From: Polyangia bacterium
GTDB lineage: Bacteria; Myxococcota_A; Polyangia; Nannocystales; Nannocystaceae
Direction of reading: 5' to 3'
Length of the DNA stretch: 64,000 bases
NCBI GenBank assembly: GCA_030424595.1
Contig: JAUHWG010000011.1
Location: forward strand, 1,130 to 65,129
The translations under genes and the position numbers were made by a program. The first letter of the stretch is position 1, and each line of letters starts with the position of its first letter. Under the pieces are notes generated by a model. It had not been told where the DNA came from. It was given only the letters and a program-made list of their open reading frames with translations, and made no database searches. Below are positions 51,284 to 62,593 of the stretch, piece after piece.

Positions 51284-52285
51284 CTAGTCCTCGGCCGTCT
51301 CGGTCGTCGGCGCGGCGCCGGGCTCGAACTGGCGGGCCCAGGTGCGGAAGCGGACGATCGGACCGTCGCCGTCGCAGAGCACCGGGCGCGGGACGACGAC
51401 CTTGTTCTGCCAGATCGGCACGTCGCGCCGGAACTCGCGCATCGCGGTCCAGCCGACGAAGCGGGCGACGAGGCTGCGGACGCCGGGCGGCAGGCGGCGC
51501 GAGACGATCACCGCCTGGCGGTGGACGATCGAGTGCTCGTCGATCGGCATCGGGCAGCCGAGGACGATGAAGGGCGCCTCGCCGCGGCCGCGGGTGACGG
51601 CGAAGCCCGCCCCGTAGGCGTCGATGTCGAGGGAGACCTCGCGCTCGATCCCGAAGCGGCGCCAGAGGACGCGGCTGGTCATCGAGAAGCGCGGGCCGTC
51701 GGTGCGGAACTCGAGCGCGGGCGGCTCGGGGAAGTTGTGGAGGGCGAAGAAGTGGCCGCGATCGACCCCGTTCTCGACGAGCTCGCGCCAGCGCGTGCGG
51801 ATCGTCGTCTCGTAGATCCGCGGCTTCGTCCACTCCTTCGAGCTGAACTCCGGGAGCTCGGGGATCGTAAACCACGGCGCGCGGCCGTCGGCGTCGTGCC
51901 AGATCAGGATCTGGCCGTTGACCTCGCGGACCCTCCAGGCGTCGAGGCGCGCGCGCTTGGGGATCTTCTTCGCGTAGGGGATCCGCGTGCAGGCGCCGGC
52001 GCCGTCGAACTCCCAGCCGTGGAAGGGGCAGCGCAGGTCGTTGCCGACGACGCTGCCGCCGACGCCGAGGTGCGCGCCGAGGTGCGGACAGTAGGCGTCG
52101 ACGACCCGGGCGTCGCCGTCCTCACCGCGGAAGAGCACGAGCTCGCGGCCGAGGCAGCGGATCGCGCGGACCTGGCCGCGACGGAGCTCGTGGCTCCACC
52201 CGATCTGGATCCAGCTGCTCGGGTAGGGGTTGAAGTCGTAGTTCTTCTCGTCGTCGCGGGTGCGGATCTGGATCGGTGTCGACAT
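51284..52285 (-). CDS. Rieske [2Fe-2S] non-heme iron oxygenase (KshA/Neverland-like single-component alpha subunit)
   Basis: CPHLGAHL...CPFHGWEF Rieske motif; mononuclear Fe DxxHxxxxH (DRGHFFALH). Confidence 0.8.
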   Translation of the reverse strand: MSTPIQIRTRDDEKNYDFNPYPSSWIQIGWSHELRRGQVRAIRCLGRELVLFRGEDGDARVVDAYCPHLGAHLGVGGSVVGNDLRCPFHGWEFDGAGACTRIPYAKKIPKRARLDAWRVREVNGQILIWHDADGRAPWFTIPELPEFSSKEWTKPRIYETTIRTRWRELVENGVDRGHFFALHNFPEPPALEFRTDGPRFSMTSRVLWRRFGIEREVSLDIDAYGAGFAVTRGRGEAPFIVLGCPMPIDEHSIVHRQAVIVSRRLPPGVRSLVARFVGWTAMREFRRDVPIWQNKVVVPRPVLCDGDGPIVRFRTWARQFEPGAAPTTETAED

Positions 52286-52674
52286 GGGCCGCGCGAGGAT
52301 AGCGCGGCGCGCCTGTCCTCGCTGGCCCCCGCGGTCGAGTCAGTTGGACATTGTCGATCTCGCCGTCGCCCGTGCTCGACTTGATGAACTGCTGGCCGCC
52401 GTCGACGAGCTCGAGGTTGTGGAGGATGACGTCGTCGGCGTTGGCCCACAGGTGGACGAGGAGCCTCCGAGTACCCGGCGCCTTGCCCAAAACGGTGTCC
52501 TCGAAGTCCATGCCGACGCCCGGCTCGACCTCCAGGCTGGCGACAAAGGGCGCCTCGGTGCTGCGATGAAGGACGTACACCTTTCCCAGCGCGGTGACCA
52601 ACGGGGCGAGGTCCGTGGGTCCTTCCAGCGCGTCTCGTCGGTCAACCTAGGTCGACCAGCCGGCGTCAGCCTCG

Positions 52675-52944
52675 TCAGCTGCGATCGTCATCGCCATCGT
52701 CATCGGAATCGTCGGCGGGCTCATCGTCGACGGCGAGCGCCTTCTGTGCCGCTTTGCGCTGGCGCGCGCGATCGATGCGGAGGACGAGGATGACGACGAG
52801 GGCGAGGAGCATAAGCTGGATAGCCCGCTCTCCAGCCGAGATCACCGCGCCATCGCGATCCACTGGCGGGGAGAAGAGGAGCGCGGCGAAGCCGAGGGCG
52901 AAGCCGGCGAAGATCAGCGCCCGCAGCCACGGACGCCCGAGCAT
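52675..52944 (-). CDS. Small 2-TM membrane protein with acidic C-terminal tail
   Basis: Internal ATG of ORF 52675..53235; the upstream part of that ORF is antisense to IS fragment F4a. Confidence 0.35.
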   Translation of the reverse strand: MLGRPWLRALIFAGFALGFAALLFSPPVDRDGAVISAGERAIQLMLLALVVILVLRIDRARQRKAAQKALAVDDEPADDSDDDGDDDRS

Positions 52945-53106
52945 CGCCGACCACCAGCGCACCCTGTAGTCGCGCTCGTCTTCGGCGTCCCACACCGGCG
53001 CCAGCGTAGCAACTCCGACGCGCTCGCGTCCGACGCGCTCGCGCTCTGGCGTGCCCGCGCCGGGACGCGCCTCTCCGCTCTGGCCGGTCGATCGAAGATC
53101 TGTCGG

Positions 53107-53270
53107 AGTTGCGCGCCGCCGCCGACCCCCGAGCGCATGACCGCCATCCTCGCTCGAGTTCACGACGCCATCCTCGCCCAGGACCCGGACGCCGAGCTCG
53201 ACCTCGACCCCGCGCTCGCGACCTGTGTCCAGCAATCCCTCCGAGGCCCGCCCCGGGCGGCCACGCGCCC
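53107..53270 (+). pseudogene. IS91-family transposase fragment F4a (mid-region APPPTPERMTAILARVHDAIL...SLRGP)
   Basis: Truncated at SLRGP where the left end of another IS copy begins (nested insertion). Confidence 0.65.
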
Positions 53271-53277
53271 CTGCGCT

Positions 53278-53870
53278 CGCGGCCAGTGCGTCAGCCGGCC
53301 GGTGAGTCGTCCGCGGCTCCGAGATGGGACGCGACCGCCCCGCTGCTCGCGAGTCCCTGTGATGAGATCACGCCACTTTCTGAGCAGTCCTCTCCGGCCG
53401 CGGCGTTGCAGCGCCGGGAGCGATGCTGGTGTGCGCCAGCTCGGGGGTCTACGTCCCCCGCGACACCCACCGCTGCGACGCCGCCGTGCTCGTCCAGCAT
53501 CACCTCGCCGGCTTTCTCGAGCGCGTAGAGGAGGGCAGTCATGCCCCGCTGCCTGACTTCGTCCGGGACGAGCTGCGGGGCTTCGCCGTGTGCGGCGACT
53601 TCTCGCAGGGCTTTGTCCGGACGGAATGCCGCCGCTGCGGCGATGAGCTGCGTGTGCCCTTCCCGTGCAAGGGCCGCGGGTTCTGCCCGTCGTGCATGGG
53701 CCGGCGCATGGCCGAGGGAGCGGCGCTCCTGGTCGACCACGTTCTGCCGGCCGTCGGCTACCGCCAGTGGGTGCTCTCCTTCTCGGGGCCCTTGGCCGTC
53801 CGCCTCGGCTACGACCGCGAGCTCCTCGCGGCGGTCTCGGGTTGCCTCGGACGAGCTCGGCAAACAGGTT
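53278..53870 (+). mobile_element. IS91-family element left end plus tnpA N-terminal about 150 codons (Zn-binding domain), truncated at 53870 (F4b)
   Basis: MLVCASSGVYVPRDTHR...HHLAGFLERVEEGSHAPLPDFVRDELRGFAVCGDFSQGFVRTECRRCGDELRVPFPCKGRGFCPSCMGRRMAEGAALLVDHVLPAVGYRQWVLSF... then an abrupt junction (GCLGRA|RQTG*). Confidence 0.75.
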
Positions 53871-53898
53871 GACGTTTGTGAGCTTTGGGGCGTAGTTT
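53869..53898 (+). promoter_or_regulatory. Sigma70-like promoter candidate (TTGACG - 18 nt - TAGTTT) at the IS-fragment junction, upstream of the Cys-rich lipoprotein gene
   Basis: Seen directly in the sequence; a locally AT-rich 50-nt patch in 70% GC DNA. Confidence 0.35.
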
Positions 53899-53908
53899 TG
53901 TCTTTATT

Positions 53909-54859
53909 GTGAGCAAAGGCATACTCTTCGGTGCGCGCCACTGTCCGCTCATCGCGCTCGCGCTCGCGCTCGGATGCGTCGTCGTGACGCCGATGAACAC
54001 CTCCACAGGCGCGTCCGCCGGGGGCAGCGCCGGCGACAGCGACACCTCCGGTGACACCTCCGGCCTCTCCGCCTCGAGCACCTCCGCGGGCACCGCGACC
54101 GCGGGCCCAGGGACGAGCTCATCCACCTCATCCACCTCCGGCTCGGCCAGCTCCAGCCCCAGCACCACCGAGGACGACCCCGGCTGCCTCTTCATCCCCT
54201 GCTTCGATCTTCCGCCGGAGCCCATGAGCTGCGACGTCTACCTCCAGGACTGCCCCGAGGGGATGAAGTGCACCCACAGCCACCTCGACGACGACTCCTT
54301 CTGCAGCGATCTCGCCCCCCGACCCAAGGAGCTCGGCGAGCCCTGTGAGATCTTCGCCGGACCCCTGGAGGGGCTCGATGATTGCGGTGTCGGCGAGCTG
54401 TGCTGGTACTTCGACGAGGAGCAGGGGCTCGGCGAGTGCATCTCCTTCTGCCAAGGATCGATGGAGGACGCGACCTGCCCCGAGCCGATGACCCACTGCA
54501 ACATCGGCTGCCAGAGCTGCGTGGGGATCTGCCTCGACGACTGCGATCCGCTCCTCCCCGACGATTGCCCCGGCGATCGGCTCTGCATCGAGAGCGGCGG
54601 CGACTTCGACTGTGTCCACGCCGCGGAGCCGCTCGGCGGCTACGGCGACCCGTGCGAGTACATCAACGTCTGCGAGTACGGCCTCGCCTGCGTCTCCGGC
54701 GAGAACCTCCCGGAGTGCGAGTCCGGCGGCTGCTGCACCCCCTTTTGTGATCTCGGCGCGCCCGAGTGCCCAGACCAGGAGCTCGGGGTCGCCTGCGTCC
54801 CCTACTTCGACGCGCCGAAGCCCGGCGCCGAGCACATCGGCCTCTGCGTCCTCCCCTAG
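53909..54859 (+). CDS. Cys-rich secreted lipoprotein (Ser/Thr linker plus a C-terminal domain of about 30 Cys)
   Basis: GTG start gives MSKGILFGARHCPLIALALALGC; paralog of 55678..56607 (shared DCPEGxKC..., ...GCCTPxCD... motifs). Confidence 0.65.
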   Translation: MSKGILFGARHCPLIALALALGCVVVTPMNTSTGASAGGSAGDSDTSGDTSGLSASSTSAGTATAGPGTSSSTSSTSGSASSSPSTTEDDPGCLFIPCFDLPPEPMSCDVYLQDCPEGMKCTHSHLDDDSFCSDLAPRPKELGEPCEIFAGPLEGLDDCGVGELCWYFDEEQGLGECISFCQGSMEDATCPEPMTHCNIGCQSCVGICLDDCDPLLPDDCPGDRLCIESGGDFDCVHAAEPLGGYGDPCEYINVCEYGLACVSGENLPECESGGCCTPFCDLGAPECPDQELGVACVPYFDAPKPGAEHIGLCVLP

Positions 54860-55579
<720 letters not shown>

Positions 55580-55589
55580 CCTAGCAGCC

Positions 55590-55665
55590 CGCGGCGAAAG
55601 TCCCGTGTGCTCTCGCGCCGCAATCGTCGGCCCGATTGGCTGCGACGAAACTCGGGGCCAGGTTA
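55590..55665 (-). repeat. Copy E of the hairpin repeat family (partial, inverted orientation)
   Basis: gaaagtcccgtgtgctctcgcgccgcaatcgtcggccc is the reverse complement of the copy A 3-prime core. Confidence 0.5.
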
Positions 55666-55677
55666 CCCTCCGTGGTG

Positions 55678-56607
55678 ATGGCACGACGAGCCTCCCTGCC
55701 TCTCTGCGCTCAGGCGCTCCTCCTCGTCGGCTGTCTTACCCCTGCGGGAATCCCCGGGGCCTCGGCGACGACCTCCGGGGGGATGACGGGCTCGACCACG
55801 AGCTCGACCGCGAACTCGACCACGACGACGGCAGCCTCGTCGGCGAGCACTCGCGGGATGACGACCACAACCGCGGCAGAATCGACGATGACCGGCGCAG
55901 AGAGCTCCACCGGCTGCGGATTTCTCGGCTGCGACGACGTCGGCGAGCTGCCCTGCGACCAGTGGGCCCAGGACTGTCCGGAGGGCCAGAAATGTGTGCC
56001 TTACGCCGACGGTATGGGCTCGGTCTGGAACGCGCTCAAGTGCACGCCCGTCGACCCGCGCCCGGACGCCGTCGGGGACCCCTGCACGGTGACCGAGAGC
56101 CCGCTCAGCGGGGTCGACTCATGCGATGTCGGGGCGCTGTGCTACGGCGTCGACTCGCAGACCATGACGGGCTATTGCATCGCCCTCTGCTCCGGCTCGC
56201 TGCGCGAGCCTAGCTGCCCCGAGGGTTCTTCATGCACCATCCTTGGCCGCGGGATCGTGACCTTCTGCCTGCTCGATTGCTCTCCGCTCGAGCAGGACTG
56301 CCCTGACGGCTATCTCTGCACTGCGTCCTACGGCGGCGACCACTTCGGATGTAGCCTCGACATCTCTGGAGAAGCGGGCTCCTACGGCGATCCTTGCGAC
56401 TACCGCGGCCAATGCGATCCTGGCCTCGTCTGTGGGAGCGGCGACGAGGTCCCCGGGTGTATGTCCAACGGGTGCTGCACGCCCCTATGCGATATTTCGC
56501 AGCCGAACACCTGCCCCGGAGAGAAGCAGAGCTGCATCCCCTGGTTCGACGAGGGAGACGCGCCCCCGGGGCAGGACAACGTCGGGGTCTGCGCGACGGG
56601 GGCCTGA
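55678..56607 (+). CDS. Cys-rich secreted lipoprotein, paralog of 53909..54859
   Basis: MARRASLPLCAQALLLVGC lipobox; Thr-rich linker; same Cys spacing as the paralog. Confidence 0.65.
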   Translation: MARRASLPLCAQALLLVGCLTPAGIPGASATTSGGMTGSTTSSTANSTTTTAASSASTRGMTTTTAAESTMTGAESSTGCGFLGCDDVGELPCDQWAQDCPEGQKCVPYADGMGSVWNALKCTPVDPRPDAVGDPCTVTESPLSGVDSCDVGALCYGVDSQTMTGYCIALCSGSLREPSCPEGSSCTILGRGIVTFCLLDCSPLEQDCPDGYLCTASYGGDHFGCSLDISGEAGSYGDPCDYRGQCDPGLVCGSGDEVPGCMSNGCCTPLCDISQPNTCPGEKQSCIPWFDEGDAPPGQDNVGVCATGA

Positions 56608-56892
56608 TCGACGGGCAGTCGACGGGCAGTCGACGGGCACTTCGACAGCTCGGGCGCTGCGGTCCGCATTTCCAGCCGCGCGAGGACAGAACCGCCTATT
56701 CGCTGCCGAGATCGACATAGGGCAGCGCGTCGCCATCTCTCCTGGCTGGTCGCCGCGATTCTCCATATCCTCGTAGCCGAGCGCGCCTTGGCTGCCGCCA
56801 AATCCCCAGCACTTGACGCCGTGATCGTCGAGGAGCGCGCAGGCGTAGTTCGCCCCGGGCACCGCCTTGATCGCCGTCCGCCCGGCGCCGAG

Positions 56893-57068
56893 ATCGATCG
56901 GCGGCAGGGCGTCGCTCTCGCTTGCCCTCGGCGGCCCTCTCGGCTCCGCCAAGACTTGCAGTACGGCCCGGTACCGCGGCGTTTCATCCAAGCCGAGAGG
57001 ACCAACGATTGCTGCGCGAGAGCCCACGGGACGCTCACCACGGCCTCCGAGGAGCCCGGGGCTCCTCG
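56893..57068 (+). repeat. Copy B of the hairpin repeat family (near full length)
   Basis: cctctcggctccgccaagacttgcagtacggcccggtaccgcggcgtttcatccaagccgagaggaccaacgattgctgcgcgagagcccacgggacgctcaccacggcctcc. Confidence 0.6.
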
Positions 57069-57142
57069 GCGGCGAGTGGCGCCGCGCGGTCGAACGCCTC
57101 CCCGGTGCTCCGCGCTGGGCTCAATCGATGTATCTATAGGGG

Positions 57143-57835
57143 GTGCGTGGTGGAGCATGGGCGAATGGCCGTCAGCGCTGCGGTCTTGGGCTCGCACTCT
57201 TGCTCTGCTTGGGAGCGTGCGGCCATCGTTCTGGTGGAGCCCGTCGTGAGCAGGGAACTCCCAACGGCGACGCGGAGCAGAGCGGGGCTTTGGCTGCAGA
57301 TGCGACGTCACTGGGCCCCGCTGACGTCGAGGCCCGCGCGGAGGCGAGCCAAGAGGCAGCTCCGAAGGACGGACGGGACCCGTCGTCGCCCGATCCGAAG
57401 GGCTCACACGACGCCGCCGACGACGGGCCCTTGGAGGAGGCTCCCGTCGAAGCAAGGATGTTCCACGTCATGTACTACAACGTGGTGCGGTTCGTTGGCG
57501 GAGCTTCGACGATTGAAGCGGAGGAGACCCCGAAGCTGCGCGTGTGGGTGGAGGACCTTCTGCGAGTTGTGGCGTCGACTCGGGCTGACGCATACCCGTC
57601 GCGGTTGACGATCTGGGCGGTCTGCGCGCCTGTCGGGACGAAGCTTGGCGCGGCCCGGTCTGCTCGATTCGAGGCTCAACTCCGCGAGCTCGGGAGCCCC
57701 GAGGAGGTCTTTCGCGGCTGTCCTCTCGGCACGACCAAGGCAGAAGATATTGCCTACGTCGAGGCCACCGTTGCAGACGACACCTGTGTAATGGTCAGCC
57801 AGTGGTGCCCCTTGCTCGACGAGCCATCGTCTTGA
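57143..57835 (+). CDS. Hypothetical lipoprotein
   Basis: GTG start; RCGLGLALLLCLGAC lipobox. Confidence 0.45.
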   Translation: MRGGAWANGRQRCGLGLALLLCLGACGHRSGGARREQGTPNGDAEQSGALAADATSLGPADVEARAEASQEAAPKDGRDPSSPDPKGSHDAADDGPLEEAPVEARMFHVMYYNVVRFVGGASTIEAEETPKLRVWVEDLLRVVASTRADAYPSRLTIWAVCAPVGTKLGAARSARFEAQLRELGSPEEVFRGCPLGTTKAEDIAYVEATVADDTCVMVSQWCPLLDEPSS

Positions 57836-57977
57836 ATTCGGCGAACGAAGGGGTTTAATAAGCGGATGCGTGAAGGAGTCATGTGGCTTGCTGCGGCTGT
57901 GAACAGCGCGACGCACGGCCGCTACTGGGGCAGCCCGCGGCGGTCCGCCGCAGCGGCTGCTGGCAGATCAGGCCCGC

Positions 57978-59414
57978 TCAGGCTCCGTCGCTCTGCGCCG
58001 AGGGGACGCTGACAAAGCCGCGCTCGCTCAGCCCCTTGATGTGCTCCAAGACCCGATCGTGGATCCCGTGGATCATCGCGTCGGACCACAGCGACCAGTA
58101 GGGCGTCGGCCCGAGGTCGAGGGTGTACCAGGTGCTGCCCTCGAGGCGGGTCCGGCCATCGCCGAGATCGACGAGGCGGAACTCGCCGCGGCGGGATCGG
58201 AGGTAGCCGTCGAGGTGCGGCGGGTGCACGTGGGCGTAGGGGCTCCACTCGTGCATCGGCGCCGGCTGGGCGCTGACGTCGAAGGCCAGGCGCTCGCGCG
58301 GCTCCCAGGCGGTGATCGGCTCGACGAAGGCGCCGGTCGTGAATTCACAGTGGCGGATCGCCCCGACCCCCTGACCTTCGATCCGGGCCCTCACGGGGTA
58401 GGCTACGCCGGCGTCGTAGATCCAGGCCGGCGGGGCGTCGAGCTCGGCGAAGCCGACGACGTTGGGCCAGACCGCCGCCGGCGGAGCGTCGATGATGACG
58501 CTCGTCGCGACCTCCCGCTCGATGAGCGGCGCCGGCAGGGCGGCCTCGACGGCGGTGAGCGAGGGCAGGAGGAGGACGAGGAGGATCATGTGGCCGGCGG
58601 TGAGCCGCGAGTAGCGGGCCATCTGCCGCCCGAGAGCGCCGCCGCAGAGGCCTACGGCCAGGGCCAGCGGCATCGCCATCATCAAACAGATCGCCCCCTC
58701 GATCGCGAAGAGGAGGAGCGACATCCCGGCCATCCCGATCGCGAGCGAAGAGACCGCGAGGGTCTGCCGGAGGCCCCGGTCCTGATCGCGGTTGAACGAC
58801 CACCCGGTGAAGGCGCCGATGAGCCCCGGGGTGACGAAGAAGAGCGTCTGCCCGTACTCGCCGAGGACCATGGTGGAGAGGAGCGTCAGACCGACAGCGA
58901 GGCCCACGCCGGCGAGGATGCCGTAGAGGGCGACGGCGATCGTGCCCCTCGGGTGGAGCTCCTCGGCCGAGCGCTCGCGGACCTTCGCCGGGGCGCTCGG
59001 GAGGCACGAGAGGAGGATCATCAGGAGGTAGTTGAGCCCCGGGATCAGAAAGAAGAGCGCGAGCGTCGCAGACTTGCCGGCGTCGACCGCCCGGCGCAGG
59101 CTCATCGACAGGCCGATCCACAGGAAGGGCAGGGTGAGGCCGATCATCAGGGCCAGGGCCCACTCGTTGCCGCCGCCGAGGATCGCCGTGCGGGTCGAGA
59201 GCGCGGGGCTCAGGTACTCGATGGGCCGCCAGAGGTGACCGGTCGTCGCGTAGATGAGGCCTGCGTCGATCCCGTACTTGATCACGGCGAGGGTGAGGCC
59301 GACGAGGGCATAGCGGCGGCGCCCGACCGGGGCGGTGGTGCCGAAGAGCAGCGCGAGGAGGCCTTGAGCGGCCGATCGGGGCGGCTCAGAGCCGGAGGGG
59401 GGCGCATTCTCCAT
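57978..59414 (-). CDS. Polytopic membrane protein with C-terminal SRPBCC-like soluble domain (hypothetical)
   Basis: Internal ATG at 59414 (MENAPPSG...); about 8 TM helices then a globular about 170-aa domain. Confidence 0.55.
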   Translation of the reverse strand: MENAPPSGSEPPRSAAQGLLALLFGTTAPVGRRRYALVGLTLAVIKYGIDAGLIYATTGHLWRPIEYLSPALSTRTAILGGGNEWALALMIGLTLPFLWIGLSMSLRRAVDAGKSATLALFFLIPGLNYLLMILLSCLPSAPAKVRERSAEELHPRGTIAVALYGILAGVGLAVGLTLLSTMVLGEYGQTLFFVTPGLIGAFTGWSFNRDQDRGLRQTLAVSSLAIGMAGMSLLLFAIEGAICLMMAMPLALAVGLCGGALGRQMARYSRLTAGHMILLVLLLPSLTAVEAALPAPLIEREVATSVIIDAPPAAVWPNVVGFAELDAPPAWIYDAGVAYPVRARIEGQGVGAIRHCEFTTGAFVEPITAWEPRERLAFDVSAQPAPMHEWSPYAHVHPPHLDGYLRSRRGEFRLVDLGDGRTRLEGSTWYTLDLGPTPYWSLWSDAMIHGIHDRVLEHIKGLSERGFVSVPSAQSDGA

Positions 59415-59830
59415 CGTCTTCAGAGTACTCGCTAGGGTCGGCGAGAGCGCGGGAGTCTGCACGGCCGCGGAAGGTCGGGATCTCGCGACCTCGTGCGTAC
59501 GGGAGGGTCGCGAGATCGCGCGCTCGGGGTGGTCTGGAGGGTCCTCCTCCGGCGCTGAGACCAGGTCGCTATCGAACCGTCGCGCCCGAAACTCGGTCCC
59601 CGACGACCGTCGTCGGCGGATGAGCCCTCCCTGGGGGAGTCCCGGCGGCGGCGGACGGGTGGCCTGCTGGAGCAACTTAGGGCGTGCGTGGGTCCTGCGA
59701 ACGCCGACCAGCGCGATTGACCCTTGATCGCCTTGAGAGGCCCCGGTATGCGTAGGAGTACGGGATCTCTGACAAGAGATCGACGAGCAGCATCACGCTG
59801 CAAAAGATTTCGATACGAAGGAGCTGCGCG

Positions 59831-61330
<1,500 letters not shown>

Positions 61331-61344
61331 TACGGATCTAGAGA

Positions 61345-61382
61345 GCCGGCGGTCGACCTCGGGTCGCCGCCGGCTTTTTTTA
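61345..61382 (+). terminator. Rho-independent terminator (gccggcggtcgacctcgggtcgccgccggc + T7)
   Basis: Perfect 8-bp GC stem followed by ttttttt, 15 nt after the stop codon. Confidence 0.8.
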
Positions 61383-61383
61383 T

Positions 61384-61436
61384 TGGTTCCGTTGGTTCCG
61401 TTGGTTTCGTTGGTTTCGTTGGTTCCGTTGGTTGCG
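61384..61436. repeat. Six 9-bp tandem repeats (gttccgttg / gtttcgttg)
   Basis: Seen directly in the sequence. Confidence 0.8.
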
Positions 61437-61626
61437 GATGAGTGGGCGGCGCTCGTCGATGGTCGCCCTCCTGGCGGCGAAGATCGCTGCGGGCGCGCGA
61501 GGACAGCGGAGCCGCGCTCGCGACCGCGATGGTCATCGCCACGGAGCGCAGCAGCGGCCTGAGCGTCGCAGAGCCGTGTCTCTGAAGTATGGCGCGCCCC
61601 ACGGAGCGCCCGGGCGCCCTCAACCC

Positions 61627-62010
61627 TCAGAGGAAGAGCGCGACGCCTAGGAGGTTGAGGAGGACGAGCTCGAGGACGTAGGTGATCCCCGCGCCGATCC
61701 GCATCGGCGTCGACACCGGCTTCTTGTAGTAGCCGTAGGCGTAGGAGAGGCGGGCGAGGAGGAAGACCCCGGCGAGCGCCTGCAGCCAGCCGGCGTCGAC
61801 GCCCTGAAGCTCGGCGAAGAAGAGGAGGAGGGTGAAGACGAGCCCGTGCTCGAGGCTGTTGCCGTGGGCGCGGCTGGCTCGGCGGATCGACTCCTTCGCG
61901 GGGCCGTCGAGGTTCCGACCGAAGTGCATGCGACGACGGGTCGTGTTGATCGCGAGGGCGGTCAGGAGAACGCCGAGGAAGAAGACGAAGGTCGCGGTTA
62001 CGGGGGCCAT
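61627..62010 (-). CDS. MAPEG-family membrane protein
   Basis: 127 aa, 3-4 TM helices; ERxxxxxxN/H-like core (RASRAHGNSLEH), YGYY. Confidence 0.7.
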   Translation of the reverse strand: MAPVTATFVFFLGVLLTALAINTTRRRMHFGRNLDGPAKESIRRASRAHGNSLEHGLVFTLLLFFAELQGVDAGWLQALAGVFLLARLSYAYGYYKKPVSTPMRIGAGITYVLELVLLNLLGVALFL

Positions 62011-62060
62011 GCTGGAGTCCTTGTCCGGAGTGTTGGCGAGAGGCTTGGGGTCGGTGGCTG

Positions 62061-62477
62061 CTAGCCTTCGTCGCTCCGGCGCAGGCGCTGACGGAGCCGC
62101 TTGCCGAGCCGGCCGAGCCGGGCGCGGGCGTGGGCCCGGAGATCTGCGCCCGTCGGCAGCGCCCCGCGCAGGGAGTTGGATGCCATCGCTGGGGCCTGCA
62201 TGAGCATCTTGGCGAGGTTGAGCGAGAGCTCTAGCGGCGAATCGGCGCGGGCCTCGATCGCGACCGTCTCGCCGCTGATCGCGTCCTCGAGGGCGCCTCG
62301 GGTGACCGTGCGGCTGCCGTCGGAGCGGATCTCGACGACCAGGCGGGCGACGATCGGCAGCTCGGGATCGTCGACGACGTCCGTCGACACGCGCTCGGCG
62401 GGGTGGACCGAGCGCGGAGCCTCCTCGCGGTCAGCGGGGCTCCGGTCGCTGCGGTCGGGGCGTCGCGGGTCGGCCAT
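62061..62477 (-). CDS. Hypothetical protein
   Basis: Internal ATG; weak evidence. Confidence 0.35.
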   Translation of the reverse strand: MADPRRPDRSDRSPADREEAPRSVHPAERVSTDVVDDPELPIVARLVVEIRSDGSRTVTRGALEDAISGETVAIEARADSPLELSLNLAKMLMQAPAMASNSLRGALPTGADLRAHARARLGRLGKRLRQRLRRSDEG

Positions 62478-62593
62478 TCCCGGCGACGATAGCACGCACC
62501 GCTCGGGCTCGCGGGAGCTGGGAGGTGGGGGGATCAGGGGCGAGCTGGTAGGATCGCGCGGTGGACTTCGTCCTCCCAGACCGGCCGATCACG

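Noticed and set aside
52122-52601. 159-aa minus-strand ORF upstream of the Rieske oxygenase
   Set aside because: The first about 85 codons look protein-like, but there is no stop before it runs 160 nt into the Rieske gene; it is treated as a possible remnant rather than a gene.
53285-53475. 190-bp conserved element considered as an intron/riboswitch between transposase pieces
   Set aside because: It contains the tnpA start (M-VCASSGVYVPRDTHR) and is simply the IS left end of a nested copy; the order mid-fragment then N-terminus reflects insertion into another copy, not splicing.
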